A stretch of 64,000 bases of DNA from an uncultured cyanobacterium (GTDB taxonomy: Bacteria > Cyanobacteriota > Cyanobacteriia > Cyanobacteriales > Nostocaceae): NCBI GenBank assembly GCA_963740315.1, contig CAVUDP010000002.1:352001-416000 (forward strand), in the 5' to 3' direction. A model generated the notes under the pieces. That model had not been told where the DNA came from and did not search any database. It saw only the letters and a list, made by a program, of their open reading frames with translations. Positions 9,044-18,743 of this stretch are shown one piece after another; position 1 is the first letter of the stretch, and every line of letters starts with the position of its first letter. Position numbers and translations under genes: made by a program.

Positions 9044-10321
9044 TCAAGCGGCGCAACGGAATCCGGCGAATATCTGACGCACTCCGGGATGGTACCAGTT
9101 ACGAAAGCTACTGCGTAATGCCCACCGACGAGTTGCCCAGCTTCCACCTTTGAGAACCTTATGCTCGTTGTCGAAGTAAATTTGGGAGTAGCCTTTGTAG
9201 GGGTAATGTTGAAAGCCTTGATAGCCATCAAACCAACTTGCAGTCCATTCCCAAACGTTTCCCAAGGTATCGTATAAACCGTAGGGACTTTGCCCAAATG
9301 GGTAAGCGTTTACTGGTGTTGTTTGACTGTGAATGTTGTTGTAGTTGCAGTTTTCGGGTGTGGGATGTTTATCTCCCCAAGGATGAATACGACGACATTT
9401 TGATTTTTCATCCCAACTTACGGCTTTTTCCCATTCTGCTTCTGTAGGTAAACGTTTTCCGACAAAGTTTGCATAAGCTTCGGCTTCGTACCAACTTACA
9501 CCCCAAACCGGATTATTGTACCAAGCTGGGTTATCTTCCCAATAAAGCGGCTTTGTAGCTTTTTCTGCTTGCAACCATTTCCAACCTGCTTCCGACCACC
9601 ACTGAGGATTTTTGTAACCGCCCGCTTCCATAAATGTCCGATATTGCTTGCAGGTAACTGGATAGCGATCGATTGAGTATGTATCTAAATAAACTTTATG
9701 GGCGCAGCGTTCGTTATCAAGCGCATCTAATGAGTTACTACCCATTTCAAATTCACCCCCCGGAATTTGAATCATCTCGTTGAGAGGATTGCTGAGTAAC
9801 AGAGAAGAAGAGCAAGAAAGATGCCAAGAATTTTCTTTCTCCGTATCCGATTTTTGATTCCTCATCAACTCCAACACAAAACTAATCGTTTCGCTGTGCT
9901 GGCTTTCGTGTTGTAGTAAAAAGCGACATAAACGTTCTTGCTGTTCTAAATTAGTTTTTTCCATGTGATACAGAACTTTGTCTCGAACTGTATCTAGGTA
10001 ATGGCGAGTTTCTTCAAATGAAGGTAATTTGACGCGCTGATTTTTAGGTAAACCGCCTGCCGCGAACAGCTTACGATATTGCGGAAACGTACAAGGTAAA
10101 GCAGCAGTACGTTCTAATATCCATAAAGATTCAGTGTAGGCAATATGCCCTAAATGCCAGCCTACAGGACTAAAATCGGGATGAGCTTGACGACAAAAAG
10201 TCGCTTCATCCATATTTTTAAACAATTCAAGAGTTTTAGCGCGACATTGGACGAAAGCGCGAATAATACTCTCTTTTAAACCAGATTCTTTTAGACTAGA
10301 TTTGCTCAATTCTGAGATCAC
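9044..10321 (-). CDS. egtB: Ergothioneine sulfoxide synthase EgtB
   Basis: DinB-like SPVGWHLGH, iron motif QHESQHSE, FGE-sulfatase domain RLPTEAEWEKA/GNVWEW/GFRCA; GTG start at 10321 is a best guess. Confidence 0.9.
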   Translation of the reverse strand: MISELSKSSLKESGLKESIIRAFVQCRAKTLELFKNMDEATFCRQAHPDFSPVGWHLGHIAYTESLWILERTAALPCTFPQYRKLFAAGGLPKNQRVKLPSFEETRHYLDTVRDKVLYHMEKTNLEQQERLCRFLLQHESQHSETISFVLELMRNQKSDTEKENSWHLSCSSSLLLSNPLNEMIQIPGGEFEMGSNSLDALDNERCAHKVYLDTYSIDRYPVTCKQYRTFMEAGGYKNPQWWSEAGWKWLQAEKATKPLYWEDNPAWYNNPVWGVSWYEAEAYANFVGKRLPTEAEWEKAVSWDEKSKCRRIHPWGDKHPTPENCNYNNIHSQTTPVNAYPFGQSPYGLYDTLGNVWEWTASWFDGYQGFQHYPYKGYSQIYFDNEHKVLKGGSWATRRWALRSSFRNWYHPGVRQIFAGFRCAA

Positions 10322-11084
10322 AATCTTCTCCCACACTAAGAATGCTATTTTCTGGAAACGAATTCCAATTACCTTTAAACAGCGGCTCAGAAGCAATAAT
10401 TACGGAGTTACGGAAATTTGAATCATTTTGCAGCCAATAAAGAGAAGGTGATGGAGGTTTTGTACTAAAGCGAGATGCTACAAGACGATTCCCATCACTT
10501 ACAACTACGTTAGCTAAAATATAGGTATTATGAGTTTTCGTTAATTCTTTTAATTTAAGTAAAGTTAGATGCAAAGCTTGCTCTAAACTTTTACCGGGAT
10601 TACTTTGCAACTCGTTAAGCAAGAGAGCAAAAATGTGTTCCGAATCTGTAGTTCCATTTATCCATTGATAAATTTCATCGCTTAGTTGACTGCGTATAGG
10701 TCTGTATAAGGTCTGACGAAACCGATCAATCTTACCATTATGAATAAATAATAAACGCTCTCTTTGGAATGGCTGACAATTACTTAGATCGAGGGCTTGT
10801 CCCAAAGTGGCGCTACGAACGTAAGAAACAACGCATCCAGATTCAACATAACGGCTGAGGCTGGGTAGGTTAGCATCATTCCAAATCGGTAGCGTACTTC
10901 TGTAAGTAAAGGGTTCGGTATCTTTTTGAGCATGATACCAGCCCACGCCAAAGCCATCGGCATTCACAGTTCCCGAAATCATTTCCTGGGGCTTATAGCT
11001 TTGAGTAATCAGTGAATGTTCGCGATCGTCAAGTAAACTTTCTAAAGAAACAGGCGAACCAAGATAAGCAAGTAATCGGCACAT
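10296..11084 (-). CDS. egtC: Ergothioneine biosynthesis amidohydrolase EgtC
   Basis: Ntn hydrolase N-terminus MCRLLAY, NADGFGVGWY, HNG, GTTDSE; clustered with egtB and egtD. Confidence 0.92.
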   Translation of the reverse strand: MCRLLAYLGSPVSLESLLDDREHSLITQSYKPQEMISGTVNADGFGVGWYHAQKDTEPFTYRSTLPIWNDANLPSLSRYVESGCVVSYVRSATLGQALDLSNCQPFQRERLLFIHNGKIDRFRQTLYRPIRSQLSDEIYQWINGTTDSEHIFALLLNELQSNPGKSLEQALHLTLLKLKELTKTHNTYILANVVVSDGNRLVASRFSTKPPSPSLYWLQNDSNFRNSVIIASEPLFKGNWNSFPENSILSVGEDCDLRIEQI

Positions 11085-11315
11085 AAAATCAGTGAACGGT
11101 GAACAGTGAGCAGTGAACAGTGAGCAGTTAGGAGTATTGAGTATTGAGTTTAGTAGTTAAAATTTCTCCTTGTCCCCTCTTCCCCCTATCCTACGAATGC
11201 TCAACTAATCACTTATAGCAAAAATAGTACAAATGTTTAATTCTATTGCGGTGATTTTCCATACCGATTCGATCGAACTTGTACTCTGTCCCATTCGTTT
11301 TGAAAAGCAATAAAA

Positions 11316-11396
11316 GTTCGTAGTAAGGGCATTGGTTCCCTTCCATACGAGGTAACAAATCCTCAGAGCCGGAGAGTTAAAACTCTTACTACGAAC
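11316..11396. repeat. GTAG-type REP-like doublet
   Basis: GTTCGTAGTAAGGGCATTGGTTCCC...CTCTTACTACGAAC. Confidence 0.8.
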
Positions 11397-11442
11397 CTTT
11401 CTACTTATTAGAATTAATCGGACAAGCCCTACTTTTAATTGT

Positions 11443-11820
11443 TCATTGATAATTGAATGCAGCGATCGCCAATGCACCCCAGCCAGCGATAAATGCTACA
11501 CCACCTAATGGTGTTATGGCTCCTAATATTTTTATGTCGCTTAAACTTAGGGCGTATAAGCTTCCTGAAAAAATAAATATACCGATAATAAATAACCATC
11601 CACTCGCGATTAAGCTTGGTGATGGTGTTTTGCTTTGAATGAGTAAGATTGCAACTAGTAACAGCGCTAAAGCATGATACATCTGATAGCGAGCGCCGAC
11701 TTCAAAAATTTGCAGAGCGCGATCGCTAAGTCTTTCTTTTAATGCGTGAGAAGCAAAAGCCCCAGCAGCCACTGATAAACCAGCGAATAAGGCTGCTAGG
11801 CTGATGAATATTTTTATCAT
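11443..11820 (-). CDS. DUF423 family membrane protein
   Basis: GAFASHAL, YQMYHAL, FSGSLY, GAITPLGG. Confidence 0.9.
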   Translation of the reverse strand: MIKIFISLAALFAGLSVAAGAFASHALKERLSDRALQIFEVGARYQMYHALALLLVAILLIQSKTPSPSLIASGWLFIIGIFIFSGSLYALSLSDIKILGAITPLGGVAFIAGWGALAIAAFNYQ

Positions 11821-11952
11821 GTTAGTAGATGAGGAGAGGGGGGGATGGGGTAGAGGGGGTAGAGGGGGTAGAGGGGGTAGAAGAGATAATTCTTATTAAC
11901 TCTTAACATGCAGACCTTTAACCTTTAACCTATTACCAATTCCCTATTTATT

Positions 11953-12423
11953 TTAAATATCAAAGTGATAAGACACTGCACCGTCTTCACTTACTTTAAA
12001 GTTAGCGTTAAATTGCTTGGCTTGGTCGTCTAAGAATTCTCTGGCGGTGGCTGGTGGTAGCTGTGACTGCATGGCGAAACCTAAAACTGTGATGCGTCCT
12101 TCGTTTTCGGCTATCATGCGATAAAACATCGATTGCAGGTGAAGATTAATCTGTTGCGCGATCGCGGTTTCTTCTTTCTTACCTTGACGGCGCATTCCCA
12201 AGGCTAACCACCCACCTAAAGCTAAACTGGGTAAACCAAAAATAATCCCATTTACTGCTGTAGTATCTAGCTCGGCTACTGCATAATCATTAATATAATC
12301 GTTTTCACCAAGTATATCCTTATACATTAGGTGTTTATTTATCATCGCGTTGGCTGATAGAGTTGTCAGCATAAACCCTAATACAATCAACCAGCCAGCA
12401 GCTAACTTTTCAACAGTTTTCAT
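11953..12423 (-). CDS. Hypothetical membrane protein (paralog of 12846-13265)
   Basis: Two TM helices, then LQSMFYR...FLD..AKQFNANF..S..G.V.YHF. Confidence 0.75.
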   Translation of the reverse strand: MKTVEKLAAGWLIVLGFMLTTLSANAMINKHLMYKDILGENDYINDYAVAELDTTAVNGIIFGLPSLALGGWLALGMRRQGKKEETAIAQQINLHLQSMFYRMIAENEGRITVLGFAMQSQLPPATAREFLDDQAKQFNANFKVSEDGAVSYHFDI

Positions 12424-12608
12424 AATATTTTTAAAGTTTTTACTTTTAAGGTTGATTCTAACCTCACTTTATCAAAGCTTCCAGTAAGCAATTATCGATT
12501 ATTAGCGATCGATGACCAATTTTTCATCTGTGCTTGATAGTTGTTTCACAATTCTCTTATTTTATCTGGTTGATTTTACGTAGTGTCGCGTTTATATTAT
12601 TTTAACTA

Positions 12609-12710
12609 GTTCCCAGTCTCCGACTGGGAACTCCTGTGTGTGAGGCTCCGCCTCAAGTATATTAAGAGGCAGAGCCTCCCGCCAAGTGTTCCCAGTCTCC
12701 GACTGGGAAC
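12609..12710. repeat. Three-hairpin REP-like element
   Basis: GTTCCCAGTCTCCGACTGGGAAC twice (12609, 12688) flanking GAGGCTCCGCCTC...GAGGCAGAGCCTC. Confidence 0.85.
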
Positions 12711-12845
12711 AAGAAATATAAAAAATATTAATTATATATCCTTAAAATTAAATGCTTTTATTTGATGTAGAAACGCGCCGATCGCAACGTTTCTACAGTT
12801 TAATTAAAACAAAACAGAATTAAAATAAATACACCCGATCGAAGA

Positions 12846-13265
12846 TCAAAGATGAAAGTGATAATAAACGCCACCATTCTGACTGTGGTCAAAGGTAGCA
12901 TTAAACTCTTTCGCCTTGGAATCTAAGAATAATTTGGCTTCTTCTCCTGTGATTTCGGCTTCTTTGGCAAAGCGTAATAAGGAAATCTGTCCTCTTTGTT
13001 CTTCAACAAGACGATAAAAAGTAGACTGAAGATGACTTGTTAACTGTTTTCGATCTTGCTTTTTCAAGCTTAATATCAGCCAACTACCAAATCCGATACC
13101 AGATAAACCCAAAGCGAAACCTAAACCAGTAAAGGCTTTATCCGCCATTTGTTCTTGTTGAGTCTCTTGATTATTATTCGATAATGCCTCCACAGTTACG
13201 TGCATGAGAAAAATAGAACTGAATGAGAGTAGCAAACCAGCTGAAACTTTTGTGAGAAACTTCAT
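12846..13265 (-). CDS. Hypothetical membrane protein (paralog of 11953-12423)
   Basis: Two TM helices, then LQSTFYR...FLD..AKEFNATF..S..GGV.YHF. Confidence 0.75.
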   Translation of the reverse strand: MKFLTKVSAGLLLSFSSIFLMHVTVEALSNNNQETQQEQMADKAFTGLGFALGLSGIGFGSWLILSLKKQDRKQLTSHLQSTFYRLVEEQRGQISLLRFAKEAEITGEEAKLFLDSKAKEFNATFDHSQNGGVYYHFHL

Positions 13266-13306
13266 AGAAACACGACAAGATATGATATCTTGCCGCGATC
13301 TTAACC

Positions 13307-13993
13307 TTACTTACGTGTAGCTTCCAGTATGCGGGAAAAGTAAAACCGCGTGCGCGTCATTGCTTGACGTTGGATGCTAAAGCCGTTTTTTTGCAGAAAA
13401 TCGACGATATTGGCTTCACGATGTAGATATGCACGGGTGGTTTTACTGGGACCTGGAAAGAAACCTCCAATTTTCTTTAATATGCTCAGGGCAAAGGTTT
13501 TGGGCGCAAAACTCACAATTATCCGTGATTCTGCGGTACTGCATAAATGAGATATCATTTCGGCAGCTTTTTCTTGAGGATAGTGGATCAGAACATCCAA
13601 GCAAACAACTGTATGATAGTTACCACTCAAGGCTTCCAAATCTTGGACGGCGAAAGTTGGATTATCAGCGTTTCCTAAAATTTCGACGGCTCGCTCTTTG
13701 CCTTCTTCGACCATTTTTTCAGAAATATCGCTGGCGTAAACTTTGGCTCCGGCTTGGGCTAAGGGTATGCTGAGACTACCTACACCACATCCAGCGTCGC
13801 ATATTGATATTTCTGCCAGGTTTTCATCCGCTTTTAACCAGCTAAGTACCGTTTCTACGGTTTTTTGATGCCCTTTACGGATATCAAGCTGCACTTTATT
13901 AACTTCACCATTGCCATAAATGCGCCTCCAACGGTCAAAGCCCGTGGAATTGAAATATTCCTTAACAATGGTCTTATCGTCTACTGCGTTCAT
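13307..13993 (-). CDS. chlM: Magnesium protoporphyrin IX methyltransferase
   Basis: YFNSTGFDRWRRIYG, DAGCGVG, CLDVLIHYP, SFAPKT, FYFSRILEA. Confidence 0.95.
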   Translation of the reverse strand: MNAVDDKTIVKEYFNSTGFDRWRRIYGNGEVNKVQLDIRKGHQKTVETVLSWLKADENLAEISICDAGCGVGSLSIPLAQAGAKVYASDISEKMVEEGKERAVEILGNADNPTFAVQDLEALSGNYHTVVCLDVLIHYPQEKAAEMISHLCSTAESRIIVSFAPKTFALSILKKIGGFFPGPSKTTRAYLHREANIVDFLQKNGFSIQRQAMTRTRFYFSRILEATRK

Positions 13994-14101
13994 AAAATTT
14001 AATATTTAACGGTTCCAAATCGAGCAAAATGCTTATTATCGGTAGAATACATCAATTAAGGACGGCGCAACCGTTAAAAAAAACGTGAGTTTGAGAGATT
14101 C

Positions 14102-14232
14102 CAGTTGAGAAGTCGGGTTAATAGAATGGGAGTTATCTGTAATATGCTTACCATTGGCAGTTGAGAAGTCGGGTTAATAGAATGGGAGTATCTGTAATAT
14201 GCTTACCATTGGCATAAAAACCCGACTTCTGA
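14102..14232. repeat. Inverted-repeat element with an internal 56-bp tandem duplication
   Basis: CAGTTGAGAAGTCGGGTTAATAGAATGGGAG..TCTGTAATATGCTTACCATTGG twice (14102, 14158), then TAAAAACCCGACTTCTGA. Confidence 0.85.
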
Positions 14233-14246
14233 TTATTGATTGCTTT

Positions 14247-15431
14247 TTAAGATAACAATCGCTGCCAAGTCAACTTTTTATTAGATTCATCGTAATTCCA
14301 ACGCAACAAATTACTAGCATGAGCGCCTTCAATTGCTGGTAAACCAATTGCTTTTCGCGGTGCGGTGGTTGCGATCGCAATGGCTGTTTCAACGTTACAC
14401 ATTCCCCATTTAACCAAATTCTGCACGCCAGCAAGCAGCGGTAAAGTTGTTCCTGACAAAGTTCCATCTGCTAACCGTGCGGTACCATCACTAACTGTAA
14501 TTTCTCGACTATCCCAAGGATAAATGCCGTCGGGTAATCCTAAAGGAGCCAAAGCATCGCTGACTAAGAAAAGTCCTTTTGTATAATCGCTTGCCCTTAA
14601 CAGTAAATCTATCATCATCGGCGAAACGTGTTTACCATCGGCGATAAAACCACACATGACGTTTTTATTGGTAATAGCCGCAGCTAATAATCCGGGCTGG
14701 CGGTGATGTAAAGGTGGCATTGCATTGAAAGCGTGAGTCACCATAGTCGCACCCATATCAAAAGCGGTTTGCGCTTGTTCTGCGGTGGCTTGGGAATGTC
14801 CTAAACTAACGGCGATACCTTGTTGACGTAAATAAGGTATGACTTCGTTGTGTGAATCTAACTCTGGCGCTAAGGTAATAACTTTAACAATCTCCGTAAA
14901 GTCGCCCAATACTCGTTTTACTTCCCCAAGCGATAAAGGCAACAGATACTCAATAGGATGTGCGCCGCGTTTTTGAGGATTTAAAAATGGTCCTTCTAAA
15001 TGTACTCCTAAAACTTTCGCACCCGAAGTTTGATTTTGCATAAAATCGGCAACTACTCCAAGGGAACAGTGGATATTTTCCACAGAAGTTGTCACCACAG
15101 TGGGTAAAAATCCATCAACACCGCCATCCCAGAGATAATCGCAGATTTTTTGCAAGAAGCAGGCATTTTCCGCATTCAATTCTGGAAACGCAGTTCCCAA
15201 CGCGCCGTTAATCTGCAAATCTACACCACCCAAAGAAAGGCGATCGCTCTGGGCATCCAATAATTCCAAATCCTTAAGGGGAACTCGTTTGATAATTTTA
15301 TCCATCGGCACTATTTGTTCAATAATGCCATCGCGGTTAATAAATAACATTTGTCTACCTTCGTAACCGGGGACGAAAGCATTAATAATGTTTAATGGTG
15401 TAGTAAAATTACTCATTGTCTCTTGAGTCAT
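14247..15431 (-). CDS. nagA: N-acetylglucosamine-6-phosphate deacetylase
   Basis: DLQINGALG, FLPT, GVHLEGPFLN..KRGAH, TLAPE, SLGHS, THAFNAM, IADG.H, LVSDA; start taken at ATG 15431. Confidence 0.93.
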   Translation of the reverse strand: MTQETMSNFTTPLNIINAFVPGYEGRQMLFINRDGIIEQIVPMDKIIKRVPLKDLELLDAQSDRLSLGGVDLQINGALGTAFPELNAENACFLQKICDYLWDGGVDGFLPTVVTTSVENIHCSLGVVADFMQNQTSGAKVLGVHLEGPFLNPQKRGAHPIEYLLPLSLGEVKRVLGDFTEIVKVITLAPELDSHNEVIPYLRQQGIAVSLGHSQATAEQAQTAFDMGATMVTHAFNAMPPLHHRQPGLLAAAITNKNVMCGFIADGKHVSPMMIDLLLRASDYTKGLFLVSDALAPLGLPDGIYPWDSREITVSDGTARLADGTLSGTTLPLLAGVQNLVKWGMCNVETAIAIATTAPRKAIGLPAIEGAHASNLLRWNYDESNKKLTWQRLLS

Positions 15432-15516
15432 AGGATTTACGAGATTTACGAACAAAGCTGAGTAGATTTTGATAGAAACTACCACTTTTAATCAAGAATA
15501 GGAAGGGAGTAGGAAA

Positions 15517-15579
15517 TAGGGAGTAGGGAGTAGGGAGTAGGGAGTAGGGAGTAGGGAGTAGGGAGTAGGGAGTAGGGAG
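15517..15579. repeat. STRR heptamer tract (TAGGGAG)x9
   Basis: Nine perfect tandem copies. Confidence 0.95.
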
Positions 15580-15687
15580 TAGGAAATAGGGATTAGCAAG
15601 AAGCAACTTTTGTGAAATGGTCTAAAAGTGAGATTATTAATCGTGAATATGTAATCTAAAATCTAAAATCTAAAATCTAAAATTACT

Positions 15688-16197
15688 ATGACTGTCGGAA
15701 TTATCATGGGTAGCGACTCCGATTTACCCACCATGCAAGATGCTATTAAAGTTTGTGAAGAATTCGGCGTTAGTTACGAAGTTGCGATCGTTAGTGCCCA
15801 TCGTACCCCGCAACGCATGGTGGAATACGCTACGACAGCTGTTTCTCGCGGTATAAAAGTAATTATTGCTGGAGCAGGTGGTGCAGCCCATCTTCCGGGT
15901 ATGGTTGCTGCTTTAACTCCACTTCCGGTAATTGGAGTTCCCGTTGCCAGTCGTCATTTAAAAGGTGTCGATTCTTTACATTCGATCGTGCAAATGCCTG
16001 CTGGTATACCTGTCGCAACTGTGGCGATCGGTAATGCCAAAAATGCCGGACTTTTAGCAGTACAAATACTTGCTACTTATCGATCGGATTTGCTGGAAAA
16101 AGTTATTCTATATCGTCAAAATCTCTGCGATTCTGTAATTAAAAAGCAAGAAAATCTTGAAAAATTAGGCTACCAAGAATATTTAAATCAAATGTGA
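15688..16197 (+). CDS. purE: N5-CAIR mutase PurE
   Basis: [40 protein letters not shown]. Confidence 0.97.
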   Translation: MTVGIIMGSDSDLPTMQDAIKVCEEFGVSYEVAIVSAHRTPQRMVEYATTAVSRGIKVIIAGAGGAAHLPGMVAALTPLPVIGVPVASRHLKGVDSLHSIVQMPAGIPVATVAIGNAKNAGLLAVQILATYRSDLLEKVILYRQNLCDSVIKKQENLEKLGYQEYLNQM

Positions 16198-16493
16198 TGC
16201 GATAGAAATGATACAAAAATATGATGAAATAAAACAAGTATTTTTACTATTCATGAGTTTTAAAAATTCCTATAAAAAAGTTTATTGAACAAATTGAATC
16301 AATGGCATTTACATTTATTATCAAAAATTAATATTTTTATACGTAAGTGAAAAAGCAATTTATTCGTATAAAAAACAATAATTAGCATAATTATTTGCAA
16401 TCGGAAAGTTATAGAATATTGACAATATTGCCATTTTTTGGTCTATTTTTGGCTTAAAATGCGATCGCAAATAATCAAAAATACCAAAAAATA

Positions 16494-16507
16494 GTAGCGA
16501 CTGCTAC
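16494..16507 (+). promoter_or_regulatory. Candidate NtcA-binding site upstream of amt1
   Basis: GTA-GCGACTGC-TAC is an exact GTAN8TAC; the -10 box about 22 nt downstream is imperfect. Confidence 0.6.
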
Positions 16508-16917
16508 AGAATTTACAAAGAGCGTGCTGTAATTATTGTTTTTTAACCGTTGTAACTTTTTGATTGCAGTAAATCATGGAATAAAAAGGCTTTTAGACGT
16601 AAATCTAATTGTTAAAGAATTGATGAGGCTACTTGCAGAGGTTTCCAAAAATACATAATAATAATCTTTTAAGAAAAACTGGTTGCAGCAACATATGTAT
16701 CGTTACTTTGTTGACTAGTAGCTAGATTATTTGGTTTCCTAGATTTTTAACAGGCTTTTTGAGCTAGCAAGTTTCATAGGTACAAGAATCAAGGATAAAT
16801 TCCCGAACTGCAAGTAATGCTATTCGGAAAAATTCGGCTTTTGATATCTAACCGGCGTTGAAATCACAACGGTGTTACCCGAAGAAAGCGGTGTTTTCTA
16901 GTTAAGGAAGTAAAGGA

Positions 16918-18513
16918 GTGAAGATGCAAAAAGTGACGCGAAGAAATAATAGAAATGGTAAGCGGGGTAATTCAAAGGCTACTAGCGCTACACGTAATCT
17001 CTCATTTGTCAAACAAGTAGGGCAAGGAATTAAAGGTTTAAATCCTAACTTGCGTGCCTGTTTGCCGATCGCAGGTTTTATTGTATTGGCATCGGGTTAT
17101 GCAGCAGTTGCTCAAGCTCCTGCCGCAGACGCAGGGCCGACAACAGCAGAACTCAAGGTTGCATTAGATACGCTTTGGGTTGCGGTTGCAGCGTTTTTGG
17201 TAATTTTCATGAACGCTGGTTTCGGAATGTTAGAAACCGGAATGTGTCGTCAGAAAAATGCCGTCAACATTCTTTCTAAGAACTTGATCGTATTTGCTTT
17301 GGCTACCCTGGCATTTTATGTAATTGGCTTTGGCATCATGTTCGGCGATGGAAATGATTTTTTTGGTTTAAATGGTTTCTTGCTGAGTGGTGCAGATAAC
17401 AGCCCCGTAGTAGGAGATGGTTATCAAGGTGTTTTCGGTTCTTTGAATTGGGCTGGCGTACCTTTGTCTGCTAAATTCTTGTTCCAATTAGCATTCGCTG
17501 GAACTGCTGCCACAATCGTATCTGGAGCAGTAGCAGAGAGAATTAAGTTTATTGACTTCTTGATTTTCAGCCTGTTGTTAGTTGGTATTGCTTACCCAAT
17601 CACCGGACATTGGATTTGGGGTGGTGGCTGGTTGTACAAAGCAGGTTTCTGGGATTTTGCTGGTTCGACAGTTGTACACTCCGTTGGTGGATGGGCAGCT
17701 TTGATGGGTGCGGCAATTCTTGGGCCACGTATTGGTAAATATAGCGGCGGTAGAACCAATGCAATACCTCCCCACAACTTAAGCATCGCTACTTTGGGCT
17801 GTTTGATTCTATGGTTGGGCTGGTTTGGTTTCAACCCCGGTTCTACAATGGCTGCTGATGCGAACGCAATTGCTCACATCGCTTTAACTACTAACTTAGC
17901 TGCTGCTGCTGGTGCGGTAACTGCTTGTTTCGTAGCTTGGGGTTATTTAGGTAAGCCAGACTTATCGATGATTATCAACGGTACCTTAGCTGGTTTAGTT
18001 GGTATCACCGCTCCTTGTGCTTGGGTTAACTTGCCCAGTGCCGTAATTATTGGTGCGATCGCCGGAGCTTTGGTAGTATTTGCTGTTACCTTCTTCGATA
18101 AAATCAGAATTGATGACCCAGTAGGAGCGATTTCCGTTCACTTGGTTTGCGGTTTCTGGGGTACTTTAGCAGTAGGTTTGTTTGCTGTTGGAGGAACTCC
18201 CGACGGTATTTATGCTGAAGGACCACCTGCTGGTTTATTGTTCGGTGGTGGAATTGCTCCCTTGTTCACTCAATTAGCGGGTGCTTTAGCAGTAGGCGGT
18301 ATGACCGTATTACTTAGCACCATCTTCTGGGTAGCACTGAAAGCGACATTAGGTATCCGCGTAAGCAAAGAAGAAGAATTGGAAGGCTTGGATATTAGCG
18401 AACACGGAATGGAAGCTTACAGTGGTTTCGCAAAAGAAGCTGACACCATTGGATATGCCGAATTAGATAAACCTGGAATGTCTAGACAAGGAGATATGCC
18501 TAGTAGTTTGTAA
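16918..18513 (+). CDS. amt1: Ammonium transporter (Amt family)
   Basis: [51 protein letters not shown]; exact start uncertain. Confidence 0.93.
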   Translation: MKMQKVTRRNNRNGKRGNSKATSATRNLSFVKQVGQGIKGLNPNLRACLPIAGFIVLASGYAAVAQAPAADAGPTTAELKVALDTLWVAVAAFLVIFMNAGFGMLETGMCRQKNAVNILSKNLIVFALATLAFYVIGFGIMFGDGNDFFGLNGFLLSGADNSPVVGDGYQGVFGSLNWAGVPLSAKFLFQLAFAGTAATIVSGAVAERIKFIDFLIFSLLLVGIAYPITGHWIWGGGWLYKAGFWDFAGSTVVHSVGGWAALMGAAILGPRIGKYSGGRTNAIPPHNLSIATLGCLILWLGWFGFNPGSTMAADANAIAHIALTTNLAAAAGAVTACFVAWGYLGKPDLSMIINGTLAGLVGITAPCAWVNLPSAVIIGAIAGALVVFAVTFFDKIRIDDPVGAISVHLVCGFWGTLAVGLFAVGGTPDGIYAEGPPAGLLFGGGIAPLFTQLAGALAVGGMTVLLSTIFWVALKATLGIRVSKEEELEGLDISEHGMEAYSGFAKEADTIGYAELDKPGMSRQGDMPSSL

Positions 18514-18558
18514 GTTGTTTTACGCTTGTATTTCAACTTTTGAATGAGTAAATTAATT

Positions 18559-18597
18559 AGCCCTACTTTCTAACCCGGAAGTGGGGCTTTTTTTTTG
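18559..18597 (+). terminator. Intrinsic terminator after amt1
   Basis: AGCCCTACTT...AAGTGGGGCT followed by a T-run. Confidence 0.8.
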
Positions 18598-18650
18598 TAG
18601 TAAGGGCATCGGTTCCCTAAATCTGAGGGCTAAAGCCCTTACTACAAACC
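18594..18650. repeat. GTAG-type REP-like doublet
   Basis: TTTGTAGTAAGGGCATCGGTTCCC...AGGGCTAAAGCCCTTACTACAAAC. Confidence 0.8.
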
Positions 18651-18743
18651 TTGAGAAATAATATGACGATTTTCCCCTCGATAATGATTTTTTTGAAATG
18701 ATTTGGGAATACTAAGTCCGGAAGTATTAAAGATGAAAGCAAT

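Noticed and set aside
8851..9297. ORFs 8851-9297, 8875-9153 and 38893-39171, which share similar peptides
   Set aside because: They are translations of the dispersed composite repeat and overlap real genes
15409..15606. LPTPYS-repeat ORF (also 50062-50247 and 63669-63992)
   Set aside because: Read-through of heptamer STRR or REP tracts
18717..18722. TCCGGA as a DIF1 promoter for the hybrid kinase
   Set aside because: At the 36-nt spacing seen in the array, the start site would fall inside the CDS, and there is no matching G(A/T)AC element
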